Position numbers and translations under genes: made by a program
Notes under the pieces: model-generated
What the model was told of the DNA's origin: nothing
What the model saw: only the letters and a program-made list of their open reading frames with translations
The model's database searches: none
Source: Lingula anatina
Lineage: Eukaryota; Animalia; Brachiopoda
Reading direction: 5' to 3'
DNA length: 64,000 nt
Assembly (NCBI GenBank): GCA_051362555.1
Contig: CM120646.1
Location: forward strand, 14,074,001 to 14,138,000
Shown here: in pieces, positions 47,254 through 60,715 of the stretch
Numbering within the stretch: position 1 is the stretch's first letter
Layout of the letters: each line of letters opens with the position of its first letter

Positions 47254-50200
47254 TGCGGACGTGCAATTGCATGTGTCTGTGCGCGTATGCATGAGTACGC
47301 GAAAGTGCAACAATTTTGATTTTTTTAAAAGTAACGATCTATATATCTTATCATCATTTCACCAAAGTTGTTCTTGTTCTTTACTGCCGCCAAAGTTTAA
47401 CTATGCGTAGCTTGCAAACTGTCTTATACATGATTTTAAATAAACATTTCTACAATTGACACTACTTCAAGGACCCCCGTTAAATGACCCTTGTGCTTGG
47501 ATTCACTTTACAGCATCAAACCTGTTTCCTTTCAGTCTCACAGCTTTTTTTTTGTTGTTGCCATGAGTTCACACACGTGCGTTAGAATGTTGTCTCGTTT
47601 ACATTGCTTTGTCTCGTTTACATCGAGAAAGCATATAGCGTGGGATATTGTTTAAGGCATATTCAGACTATTCGCATTACTGTTCAAATCTTTTTATAAG
47701 GTTTGAATATTATGTATATTTTTGTATATTTTTGAGATATAATAAAAACCTTGGTAAATCGCAACAATAAACAAGCAATGTCTAAGTTCACTGCTATTTC
47801 CCAAGTGTTTGCCCTCCCATGCCTTCTTAACCGAGGCTCGTAAGTACAGATGGAATGTGAGTACGCTACCCAGGCAGGGGATGTTCGGGGGGTGTGATTG
47901 AGACGCTCTTTTGTCCGAAATATATCCTCTCAGACACAGACTTTGACCTAGGTTCCATGCAATTTTGAAGTTGGACCAATTAAGGGCAAAATGGTCCTCT
48001 GAATCAGATAAAAGACCCCCCCCCCCTTTTGGTACTTTTGACCACAGGCCCCACTACTGATATGTTATTGATATATTGACATAGAAAAGATAAGAAATGG
48101 CAGTGGCAGGGGATTAGCTTACATAACTGTGTACACGACTATCTGTGTCGTCGTCACTGTCAACGCTAATCGAACTAAGATTTATAGCGGGAGAAAGCGA
48201 GTAGACGGAAAGATGCTAATGCACAAAAATAAGCGATGAGGTAAGACGTGAGTATTGATTTTTAGTTAACTATTAAATTCAATGAGAGGGGCGTTTATAC
48301 GTAGTTAACACGTATTTGGAATGAGTGAAATTTGGTAATTTATATCATTTATTTTGCTAAGTTTAAAAAATCACTGTAAACCTTAAATTTAAAAAAAACT
48401 CACAGTGAAATGGTGATCAAAATATCAAAATCTTAAAAACCACATTTTACCAGTAAATGTTTTATGTTGGTATTTTAACAAGCAGCAAAAACGAGCGTTA
48501 AGTTGTGAGTTTTGACGCCGGTACGCCCATATCGTTAACTTCAAAAAGGTGTTTGTTTTAGAAGGTGCTGTTGCAGTGACAAAAATATACCGCACACGTA
48601 TTTAGGGAAAAGAAAAGAAAAAATAAGTGAAAAGTAACAACGACGAAATGCAGGTCTGACACAAGTGAATGAAATCCTCATATGGTGTTCTTTAAAAAAG
48701 ATGTTGGGTAGATTTTTTTTCTGAAACGGAAAGAAATCTGATAATAAAGAAAGAAGATAATACTATGTCTATAAGTTGAGAGCCAATACGTTTTTGATTC
48801 CCGAAAGAAAATCTTAAGTAAAAAAACTGAAAGGTAGGTAAGATAGGTGAGATTTATCCCTGATGCATTTGCGCAATCAAACGTAAAGTTCCCATAACTT
48901 CGACTACTGAACTCAGACTCAAATGTCAGCTTTTCTTGCGTAATAGACATTTACATACAAAGCACTGTATTCGATAGAATTTCAATACATCTCTTTGGTT
49001 AAATTCGTTCTTTGTAACGGTGACATGTGTCTAGGATTTTCTAAAAAATGTATGACGTGACATGGGCGTTTCTACGTCCTTCCTTTTTCTTGTTTAACCC
49101 GTAAAACGCTATCATGGACTAAACACCGTAGCACATGAATGGCGACTTGTTTTTAATTTTTCTTAACCATTGATAATCGCCTTGCGCTTAATCTGAATAA
49201 ATTACTTTTTTATTGATAATGTTAAGTATAACCAAAAAGGACAATGGCATTGCATTTCGGTGGTTGTTCAATTAGACACACAGGTGTGCGCCTTTCATGT
49301 AGATAGATTTACATGGCAAAAGAGTTTAAAGTTTCCTTGATGCGGATTGTTACATTATGTGACATATTATTTTGTTCTTTTTCATGACAAAGTTTAACGT
49401 GGGGTGAGCATAAGGATTCAAATATCATAGTATATTTGAGAAGGACAGGAATTCAAAAAAATTGAAAAGATTAGTTGCGGTACTCTTTTGTTGAACACTG
49501 AGTCCAAAAAATAGATTACAGACATGACATATGCGCATCAACCTGTAATAAAATATTCGTTTTTGTATAAATAACTCCCGTACCATCTGTCTCTGAATAG
49601 AATTAATAATGCTTGCTTATAAGAATTATAATGGAAGCTCTTTTTTCTGTTTAACGGCATCTAAAGAAGCAACCGGTTAAGCCGCATTTTTCGTGGTTGG
49701 TTACAGCCCGACTTCGACTTCCGATCGATACAGTGTTTAAACATAGCTTAGGAGACTTTGTCCTAATACAGGTGTTTAGATGGCACGAAGTATTTTAGAG
49801 ATCTATCAGACTATGAGGCAGACACTTTGACAGGTCGAGATGATCGGCCTGAGTTGGCATTCCGTCTTGACACAACTACACGGGATCTGTGTACATTACG
49901 GTGACGTAACATCGTTGGATTTATCAACATATAAATCAAGATAGCCTAAAAGCGCCAAAGCTATTTTTCAGCACGATAACCCCCCTGATAAACCTTGATG
50001 ATTTATACGCAAATGCCAGCCTCGTACGATCCCTACCGCAAAAAATAATAATGATAATAATCAAATAAATATATAAATAATAACAAGATTTAAAAAAGCA
50101 TGGAGGTAAAAGTATTTTTACGCGAAATATATACAATTAGGCAAGAGAGAGAGAGAGTTTATCTTGTGGCCTCTTCGGGACAGTGGTAAAAGCTTACGTG

Positions 50201-50671
50201 ATCCATCAAAAAATAATTCCCATGTTTTTGCGCCCTGTTATCTCGAGAAGTAACGCGACACCACTTCAGTCAGTACATGTTTGTTAACTAACAAAACTGC
50301 GTGAAAGGTACACACAATAAGACAGAATACTGTTTGATAAACGATATCCATTTAGTCGACTTGTAAGATTTATACAGAATAACTGGCTTTGTATTAGACA
50401 GGTACTAATGCTCTGGCTCTTGTAGATGCCATTTAACTAAATACGTGCTTAAATAAATGACAATTTAACGACACGAGGACATAAGACAGCATAACGCATG
50501 TCGACGTGTATGGTTCTGAAGAGAATCATGATGTGTTCGTTGACTTGATAAATATGTTTTGGGGGGAAATGAGTTTCAGAAATTAGTGCCTGCATGTGCT
50601 TGTATGTAGGATGTGTGCTGTATTGTGATGCCATATTGGTTGTGTGAGAGTGAGTCGATGTGTAGCAGTAC

Positions 50672-50674
<3 letters not shown>

Positions 50675-50737
<63 letters not shown>
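50675..50737. repeat. (TA)n microsatellite
   Basis: About 31 perfect units. Confidence 0.95.
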
Positions 50738-50740
<3 letters not shown>

Positions 50741-52288
50741 TGTGCGCGTGCGTGTCTTTTCAGGGTGCGCGTGGACATGCGAGTGCGTGTTTCTTTGTGT
50801 TTTTGCGTTTGGGCACGTGTGTACGAGTGTGTGAGAGAGAAGGGGAGAGGGGAAGAAAAAGGACTTCCAGCTAACTCCTCTAGATAATGTGATAATGTGA
50901 GAGAAAGCATGCGCATATCAGACCCGAAGAGAGATGACTGAATCAGTCCGTCAATGAGACCGAGTTGTAAACGAAATTTGTAGAATACACATACTGTATC
51001 TGAAACAGCTCGGAACTAAACAAAATTGAAAGCAAGGCTGTCCTTCAGGCGGTGAAATAACACAGTCACCAAACACTCAGAAAGCGTGAGACATTTCTTC
51101 AAACACGATCAAAACATTCCTCGATAATTAGGAGACGAATATCCCGATGGATAAACACGTGGGATAAACAAACAACGGATAAGTGGAGAGTTAGTCGATG
51201 GTTACATATATATATCGGATCACGCGCCATTAGTTGGCACAGAAACTGACGTGATTATCAAACTTGTAACTTATGAAGTATCCGCGACCAATTTACTATC
51301 AGGAAATCTCGGTGTCTGTAAGGTGGTAATTGATATACTGATAATCTTCACCGCCAGGGCCCGTGCTGAGTTTGTACAGACAAATTTGAGATCTCGCTGC
51401 TGTAAAAATGATAAAAGAGTAGCACGCTTATGTAGGTTCATTGTGTATGTGGAATGTTTAATACGGCTAGAAGATATTTGCTTGTTCACTGGCACACGAA
51501 CTTGTATGAAGACACGTATGTTCTTTTTGGACATATGTGTGTGTGTGTGTGTGTGTTTGTGCGTGTGCATGCATGCGGGATTTTGTGTCTTCTTGCGCGA
51601 TTATTGTTCAAACATGGGACATAGTTACTAAAGAGAATTACTGAAAAGAATGCATATATCAAAATGCATCCTCCTCAAAGATGGTAATGCGAACTATTCC
51701 TGTGAAGGCGATACCTATCATCTTTACCCTAAAATGTCACCGGACAAGTTGACTCTGTGAATTGACCTTCCTCGGTTGGTTTACAATATGGGTTCACCTG
51801 TGATCTACGATGTAATGTGGATGTGCACCAATTTCCTGGATAGGGACCTCACAGAGTGACCGTGCCGCTCTTAGAAAATATTGAGTTACGTTGCATTCCC
51901 GGGGAAAAAATCACAAAAATGTCGAAGGGCAAATGATAAATCTTAACGACCATCTGGCAGTGAGTTTTCAGCAAAATTAATTACGTGTGTTGGAGGCATG
52001 CATCACTGTCTGGAAGGTGTCCCTGACCCGAAGGAAAAATAACCTTTATTATTTATCATCCTATGGATACCGTGTTGTTTCTTGTTTTCTATTCTCAGAC
52101 CATGAAAAGCATATTTACACGATTGCATATATTTGCTCCTATGCTGGGGTATAGTAACGAATTAGTTGGAAAAAGTGCAATAGCAAAAAAAAAAAAAAAA
52201 AACCTTAGGCGAACCTCGTGTGGCCAAACCCGTGCAAACAGGTTGATTATTCTTATCACAGCCTCTCAATGCAATTACAATTACTCAT

Positions 52289-52527
52289 GGCTCATTTCCA
52301 CTGAAATTATCGGTATACGTAGATCGATCCAACTCCGTGGTGACTCTCTGTAAATGCAATCAGCTTAAAAGATAAACACGCCTCCTTTTGTTACCAGCGT
52401 TCTCGCAAAATCACCAGCTGTTCTGTATTCTTCTCAATACCAGGTAGGATTGTTAACCTCTTAAACTGATTGCATTCAGCGAGAGCCTCAATGGAGTTGG
52501 ATCTATGTATTCATTGGGAATGGGCCC
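52289..52527. mobile_element. MITE, copy 2 of the 10962-11217 family (internal spacer inverted relative to copy 1)
   Basis: Shares tatcggt.tacgtagatcgatccaactccg.gg.gactctc...atgcaatcag. The internal cctccttttgtt...aatcaccagct.ttctgtatt.ttctca is the reverse complement of the copy 1 spacer. Ends gggaatgggccc|tta, with an extra end fragment at ~52619-52640. Confidence 0.85.
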
Positions 52528-53241
52528 TTAGATCAGACCTGTTTGTCTCTGCGAGTTCAAGCTATCTAGTGAATACTTATTACCTACGTATGTGACACCT
52601 ATATTACACCTTTACCATTCAATGGGAATGGGCCCTTAGATTCGTATTAAACAAGTAGACATGTCAAATTATTGCCACTAAACCCGACCAAATGCCAATA
52701 CATAGTTTTAAACAGTATAACTTAAAAATACCACAGGGTTCCGTTTAATTATTTCAAATTCCTTTCGTTTAATTTTTCTTTTCATTATAAACTGGAAGAA
52801 CAGATAAGTAGGTCAATTTTAAAACCAAAAATTTGAAGAGAGTGCAGTTTTAAATACTGTGTTGAGACTGACCGAGTGATAATTTTTGGGGGTGTATGTA
52901 AATTCTTATTGCGACAAAGTTGTGTGTGAAACTGGTGGTAGTTATTTGAATGCGTTACCGGGAACGGGCACAGCTGTCATCTCGCTTGTAATGTACCTTT
53001 AATTTAATCATTGCAATGCGTAGCAATGAAACTTGTATTGTACTGTATCGCCGTTCCTATTGTGCTGTGCGCAATCCATTTTTCTTTGTGCATTTCTTTT
53101 TCGCTCCTTTGCGCATAACATTTAAGAACAAAATTATCAGCATGGGAAATATGTTAAAGAACAACAGTTTTGCAGAAGAGATCTATTCAATTATATATCA
53201 GGGTAGTTATGGCAGTGCTGAATGCAAACAAAAATTCGGTG

Positions 53242-53477
53242 TTAGATTGGGTTCCCATTAACCTATCGTACTAACAGGATCGATCTAACTCCGAGGGGAT
53301 GCTCGCTACATTGCATTTAGTTTAAGAGGCTTAAATGTCTGTCACGCCCACTGAAGCTGCTGGGGGGGGGGGGTAATTAACTTTCGTGCACACTTAAACT
53401 GAATGCGATTTAGCGAGAATCTCCTCGGGGATAGCTCGAACCTGCTCGTGCGATAGGGTTATGGGAACAGTACCTAA
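53242..53477. mobile_element. MITE of a related subfamily
   Basis: ~85-bp imperfect inverted repeats (ttcccattaacctatcg...ctcgct...tttaag / cttaaa...agcgag...cgatagggttatgggaa) with the same motif order as copies 1-2; tta/taa flanks. Confidence 0.75.
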
Positions 53478-56400
53478 AGGAGCCCAGGCACCACAGCACC
53501 TGTGCGCTAAGGTCCCGGATGGAGGTGTCCCTCAGTGCCACTTTCGGCTGATGATAAATGTGGGCAGGGTCGACACGAAGTGCGAAGAGGAATGAGGACC
53601 GTTTAATGATGCCGAGGAAGATGGATAGTAAATAATGACAACAGCTGGGCTATCTGTTTTAAAGTAACATTTACATCTTTGCAGCCACTTAAAAAGTTAT
53701 AGCACGAATGTGTCAGCGTTAATTGGCACTAGGTCAAATATCGCGTGACCCGGTGGTACTTGTCGAAGTAGCAGAAACAAACTAGAAGAAGAACAAGAAA
53801 AAAGATGAGAACTTAGCAAGCAATGGGTTTAAATTGAGCTTAGGTTTTTCTATGCTTTAAAAAATAATTAAACGAAGTAAATTGAACGCAACGCCATCGG
53901 AAGAAACGTTACGTCGTAATCAGTGTCGGTATTTGGGACCAGGACGTATTTTTCGTGCGTGCGTTAATCGTAAGCTGAAACATTTTCTCAAGGGAACACT
54001 TGAAATAAATTACAAAAAAATGTCATAAACATAGCCCAATAATTAGCACTCAGAATGAGTAATGATTAACGTACCAGTATTGAAACATATTCTCAGGGGA
54101 AGACTTTGATAGGAAAAATTAGTGTTATTCTCGTCTGCACTTTTTCATCAGCGACAGTGAAATGTGGTTAAAGGAAGCCAAGGGGAAATGATTGTTGGAA
54201 TAATTTTACACCTGGTGAAAGAGAGTGACTATCATTTTTTGTTACGTATTAAGCTTAAATTTAGTGTAAGCATTATTTTGGGCAGTGGGAACAAGAGCGT
54301 GAGAAGAAAAGCAACAAAAGTCCAAATGTCCGCCAAAATATCACCGCTTGCGATGGTTAAAATGAAGTTAAATGAAACGGAATAATGGCTTGCTGATAGG
54401 GTTTCAAACTTTCAGCGACAATTTAAAATTAGAATTAGCTGTGAGGCCATAAGTTTTACCTTAACGTTGACATTAGCGGCGGTAGTGAGAGCAAATACGT
54501 AAAATTAAAGGAAACACACGTGTATTTTAATTAGATAATGTTAAAACAGCTATTTGGATTGCCATTGGACAGCCGGCACATCAGTTTTCAGTTCGACCGT
54601 AACAACAGCTACGGCGTCCCGGAAAACAAAACAAAATAACACAACAACAACAAAAAATGTAGATGAAAGGCGATGGCAATAAATGGACATTTACCTAAAA
54701 CTAGGGTTAATTCATGTCAGACAGAGGTGGATATTGTCCTCCACTTCTTGAACTCAATTTGCAATAAATCTCTGGCCAGCGAGTATGGAAGAAATTATCA
54801 GTTCGAGGCAGCGGCAAGACGTTAATGGTACAGCAACACGTGACAAACGCAGAAACCAAACAACCTTTCTTTTAAACATACCGTAGTCGAGACCGTTAAC
54901 GATAATCAAGATATTATTATACAGGGTGGTGATAAATCACTGGCAAAATATCGCCATTAACAATGTCACTTCCGGCTCAATTAGAAGGTACTTGTTGAGT
55001 TATGTGAGCCAAAAATAAAATATCGTCAAAGTATCACGAGATTTCGAGCTTAGTTTGATGTTACAACCTTCGTTGTTGGATACTTTCTATTCCAGCCGCG
55101 CATTTCCTAGATACATATGTTTTCATTGGAAAGGAAATGATTGCCAAGAATAACAGAAGAAGAGTAATTGTGTAAAATAGATGTGCGTAAACAAACTGAT
55201 TGACATTTCTATCGAAAGTGAAATATTAGTAAGAGAAACAAGCTTTTGTCGCATTGCGTGTCATTTCTTCTCATTTCCAAACGTAATAATGGCGAATGTG
55301 TGTGGGGTTGGGGTGGGTTAAGCCCATCGGTCCCCTGAGGTTGAAATTATAATGACCCGGTGGCTGATAAATTAAATTGAACCGTCCCAACTCAAGTGGA
55401 AATCCGCCTTTGAGGTGTGTGAAACATAATCCCTTTGTATAAACGTTAAGGGTGCTATCGTGACATTGTCACCACAAACAAAGCACAGTTTTGTTTGAGA
55501 AGCACGTTAAATCATGTAATAAAGCATGAGGGTGGGAAATAAAAAGAAAATGTATATATTAGCCGTTGCGCTTTTAGAAAGTAAATATAAAGCGTGACAG
55601 GTAGTGGGACGTTGTCTTGGCTTCTATAGGTGTGTACGGCAGCCAAGTAAAGCACGTCAAGTCTCTAAGTCGGTCGAATCCCTGTGAACTTTATCCTCAG
55701 ACCCTGGCAGAAAGTATAAAGCTAACTGCGATGCACTCAAATAAAAACTAATCATGCGTGGAAGAAAGTGTTCAATTACCTTGCCCCGGGGGGGAAGACT
55801 CGCCAGCCTCAGCGACTCTATACCACGCGGAATGAAGCGTAAAACTATGCGACACCTCTGAAAAGAAACCTTTATAGAATGCTCCGGGGAAATAGTTTTG
55901 ACTTAGTTACTCTTACCTATAAGTATAGTGGGATATTTCAATTCTTTCAAGGGGCAAGCTCCATGGTTACTCCTGACCTTCGTTAAAATGTTAATGTCTG
56001 GCTAGTGAAAATTTACTTGAACACAACGGGTTTGTTGTTGAAGTTTAAACCATCATATATATTGGGGCAGGGTTTGTTTGACTGAAGCATCGTTTTAAGA
56101 GGGAGAAAGGGGTATATTCAGTATGACAGAGAAAATGCTGGGTACCCAACGTACTGAAATAGGTGACAACGCCACTTTATGCCATTTCTAATTTTTTCAG
56201 CCTTAACCGCCCCCCCCCTTCCCTCCTCCCCCTCCCCCCCTCGTGAATACAACAAGGACGGAACAACAGCGTCGATGACACAGAGTTTTAATTTTGCGGG
56301 AATGGGCATCATATTCAAAGTTAATTAATCGTTAGAAAAAATATCTATGAGCAGATGTATATACGTTATTAGACGTGTGATAAATTGCTGTGCACTATAA

Positions 56401-59026
56401 GATAATAACGATGTTTTTGAAGCAAACGCCTTAGTTATTACGACATACCGCCCATATTTTATCGTCTTATTCTTGGAAAGAATTCTGATAGCATTCAATA
56501 AATGTAGAATATGTCAAAGGTTTGAGATATCAAGCGTAATCGCAATTCCCCATACAAATTTCCGCATAACATACCGAGTTATGGTAAATAGGGCAGCTGC
56601 GTTCAAATTTTCTAATTGAAAATAATTGCCATATTTATCCCGTGCGTTTTTTTTGTGGTGAAATAAAGTGCATGTCAATTTTTTCCATATTGAGGCAAAT
56701 ATTGGATTGCACTAGAGAAAACCACGAGTGCTCGTGAGTTTGCCAACTGGCCATTTATAGAACATGACTATTGAGCTTCATATATGTGCTCTATCTTCGG
56801 TATCGACCTTCATTTCAATCTTGGTTTTAATACATATATATGAATAAATTTCAGTTACATCAAACATTCATTCAATCAAACTCAAACATAAGGATGGCAC
56901 AAAAAGGGCAGAAGAAGGGGAGCGGCAATGAATTATAGAAAACAGTTTTGATTCAACTTCCTGCCTGTGGGAAACATAGTTTTTGGCAGAATCTTTTCCT
57001 AGTGCGCCAGAAATACGAAAATTGGCTTTTGTCGGCACTCTACAACGTGGTAAAGTACAGAAAAGTACTGTTTGTGTTTCATTTTCACTTGTTGAGAGAA
57101 GTGATAGAGCACCTGCCTTTGTTGACGAACGTTATCAAATTATTCGTATTCGTTTGGCAGTCAGCAGTTTTAGTTACATCACAGTACAAGAAGCCAGCGA
57201 AAGAAAACTTTTGTCTTCTTATAGACTTCTTTAGTTTTATAACATGCGTGCTTTGCATTTACTCCTCAAGACACCCTGTTCACAATGACAGTAGTGAGAG
57301 TGCACGAGTGAGGGTTTTGTTTAAAATTTTTTGCGGTCATCGATATTTCAGTTCTCAAAAAGTTATTTTCCGTCGCTTATAATGTGCGGGAAAGCGCCAT
57401 ATCACAGGAATAATGTATTTTCTTTACGTAATACTTGCTTTCCTAAATAAAAAACGAAATAACCTGAAACCCAAATTCAATTGTGGTGTCAATTTCTATT
57501 TAAAAAAGGGAACAAGGAAACGTAAAATTTTATTAATATCAAGGTGCACTTAAACACGAAGGGAGTGGATAGTCAAAACGTGTAGAATATAAACTGGTGG
57601 AATTTGCATGGAGCAAGAAAGTACCCACAAGATACACCTGATTGTCGAGGAAAAGATACAGTTATTGATTATATGTTTCTTAGCAAATTTGTTAATCACG
57701 TGCTTTCGTGTGTGCGGGGTATTCTCTGATAGCAGGCCCTCTAAAATACTGAACAAAATCGCTTTTAACATTTTTGTAACAGACTACTAGCGCACCCTGT
57801 GGTCAGAGAGTATGTGAGTTTTAATTGTGCGCTCGTCTGTGTTTGTGTGTGTCCATGTGTGCGAGCACGTGTGTGTGTGTGCTTGAGCGCTTGTTTGAAA
57901 CAAGAGGAGGAGGGTGACGTCTTTCAGTTTTGTTGCCCATATTAAGGCAGTCTCAGCCCGCTACTTAAAGAACCCGTATACCGTCTTTGCAACATAAGAA
58001 GCAATCAAGGTGAATGGGCCCTGTGGACCTTACAATGTGTAGTCTACCTATGTCTCTCCGGTCCTGCACTAACGTCTAGTTTGTATGTGCGTCATGTTTC
58101 GCGTTGCTGCGGAGATTGAAATGTAACATTAATGACCATGAATTAATCTCTCACCCAACTCGCGGCCGTCATGTATTTGGGATGATCAAACAAAAGTGTA
58201 GAAGAGAAAGATCACTTATCCTTAACTGCTCTCACAAGAAAGCATATAGGCTAGAGTACAGAGAACACGCTTGGTTTAGTTGGAAATAGAACAGAGTGGA
58301 ATGGACGACTCTGTGTGAAGACATTTCACAGCAGTGGTCCTGAATAAGGGGTACATGATACGCTAGACTCCCCCCTCCCTCCTCCGATCCCAGACCCAAG
58401 CTCATTGCGATTATGGTCCCCACACTGCATTGCGAAGATGAAAATGGTGTGAAAGTTACTTTAGTACATTTTGGCTTGTTTACAACGACTATTGTGTGGT
58501 CCAACCCATATCACTGTGTGTACGGGGTACCCTATTTATATTAGTAACATGACAATTAATTGAAGTAATGAATCCGAATGTGTCTTCTCGAGTTTTGCTG
58601 TGGTTTCAACATGTCTTGTTGGTTTTCGTTTTGTTTGCAATTGCGCTTACTTCCTCAATTATTGTGTAATATCAACAATATTGATAAAGCGACAGCAGTG
58701 ACATATTCTATTTGACTTCCCCTTATGAAGTATATTTTGAAGTACCCCGGTATTTTAATAGCGTTTCTTGTCATACGTTAAGTTCTTTAGGAGTAATTTC
58801 CCTTGTAATTGCCAACAATTCCTGACAGGAAGGTAAACAGAAAAAAAATCAAACTCATCGCGTTAAGGCTCATAATTGCTTTTCGACCTTTAGGCGCAAG
58901 GAAAATTTTGATCGCCGCACTCTTGAGTGTAGAATGACAGTTAGACGACAAGAATTTACGTTTGGTAGTCCATCAGATAGAGTTGCGCAGTCCCAAAACT
59001 GTCTCTATTATTTCAGAAGCAGAAGC

Positions 59027-59058
<32 letters not shown>
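59027..59058. repeat. (CAGA)n microsatellite
   Basis: About 8 units. Confidence 0.9.
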
Positions 59059-59059
<1 letters not shown>

Positions 59060-59863
59060 CAAAGACGAACAGACGGTCGGATAGATTGTAATGTTTAGTC
59101 TGCGTGCAGGCCGATACATAAGGAAAACTATCCAGCACACCCCAATATCTCTCTGATCAATCTATTTTCTTTTTTTCTGGAAATTTATCATCTGTAAAGG
59201 GTATTCCTTTAAGTATGGATCTGTTCAGACTCCCTTTCTTTTAAGTACCCGAGGTATAAGGCGGCAGGTCGCAGGGTGAGGTGTGGGTTTAATTTGCCGT
59301 GTTGTAAGGAGAAGTTAAAAAGGCATTCACTGACTTCTTAACTTTAGTTTGCATTGTAAAATAGCCCCGTTCCCTGTCTAAACATACTACGTGCGATGGA
59401 GCGAATGTAATTTAGTGTAACAAATTAACTCTGCTGTAATACAGAGCCAATGGCGTTAACTGACGTACAGTGCCCCGTGCAATGTATTCGCAATGGTGCG
59501 TTATAGGAATCCAGTCGTCGGACACCTGCTCATCAGAACGAGACCAATGTGAGTATTGAGAGAAGTTAAAAAAGAAGTCTGCAGAGCAAAGAGTGGTGTT
59601 GAAAACTACAGGGAGACGCACGTTAACGTGTTGGGATATAACATTTCTGACCGCCACCACCGAAGATTGCCGATTTGTTCCGTTGACAATTGCAGCATTT
59701 ACAAAGGCATTTCGTTTCACGTTTATTGGCCTTTCGAAGTTGGGCGCCAGGGAGTTTATGGACATTATGCCAGGGGCATAAGGTAATGGAGACACTCTTG
59801 TAGAAAATTTTGTCATTGCGTGAATACTCTCTCTCTCTCTTTCTCTCTCTTGCATAGTGCTTG

Positions 59864-59898
<35 letters not shown>

Positions 59899-60678
59899 CT
59901 CTCATAACGGCAGCAAATACCGCTGGTGTTTAACGTTTGATGTTTGTTTCACGATTTATTATACTGTCGAACAAGCAGCACGCGAATCAAACTCTGAGAA
60001 CAAACTACCGCTTGTACATTTTCATTGTGGTTTACTATACACAACGTTGTTGGTGAACCCCTTTTTTTAGAGCACCAATACAATAACAACATTTGAGGAC
60101 TTAATTCTGAGGGCTTTTGAAATAGCATTGTAAGTTTACGGAGAAAGAATGATATTAGCCTACCTTTAGATGTATGGTAGTACACCAGAGGTCTTTATAT
60201 CTCAAAACCTTCTATGCGTTTTGTGAGGTAATGTTTTTTCCTCATAATAGTTGTACACTAGTTTCAACCTTTAAAAAGATTTCCGTCTGCAGTTAACGTG
60301 AATTATATACAGTAAGTGACACGAAACGGCCAAACTCCCGGCTTAACTCACCTTAATGTGTATGTTACATGGCATGACAGTGTATTTGTTCATATCGATT
60401 TGAGAGTGCTCTATGTGTTATCACGATTCAGTGGTTTGCGAAAGTGAATGCTAACTTGGCAAAGGAGGAAAACTTTTCAAGGAGAATATTTGTCAATTAA
60501 GCGTTATTTATTTGGATAATGGAAAGCCTTTTAAAAGCATAAGGGGCCTACTGTTCGTGAAGACTCATAAGCCTTTTTTGTATCAGTATCTGTCTGTCGT
60601 TGAACAAGTGCGAGGAAAGTTGAAATCTTTCTTGACGTCCATCAATTGCCAGAAAATCATTCAGATTGTATTAGTTAT

Positions 60679-60715
<37 letters not shown>

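Noticed and set aside
50613-50916. ORFs with YIYIYI, CVCVCV, THTHTH or ERERER runs (also at ~16.3, 19.4, 26.5, 46.6, 47.2 and 60.5 kb)
   Set aside because: Translations of dinucleotide microsatellites.
56948-57382. 144-aa ORF
   Set aside because: Non-ATG start, AT-rich low-information composition, no domain and no convincing splice context.
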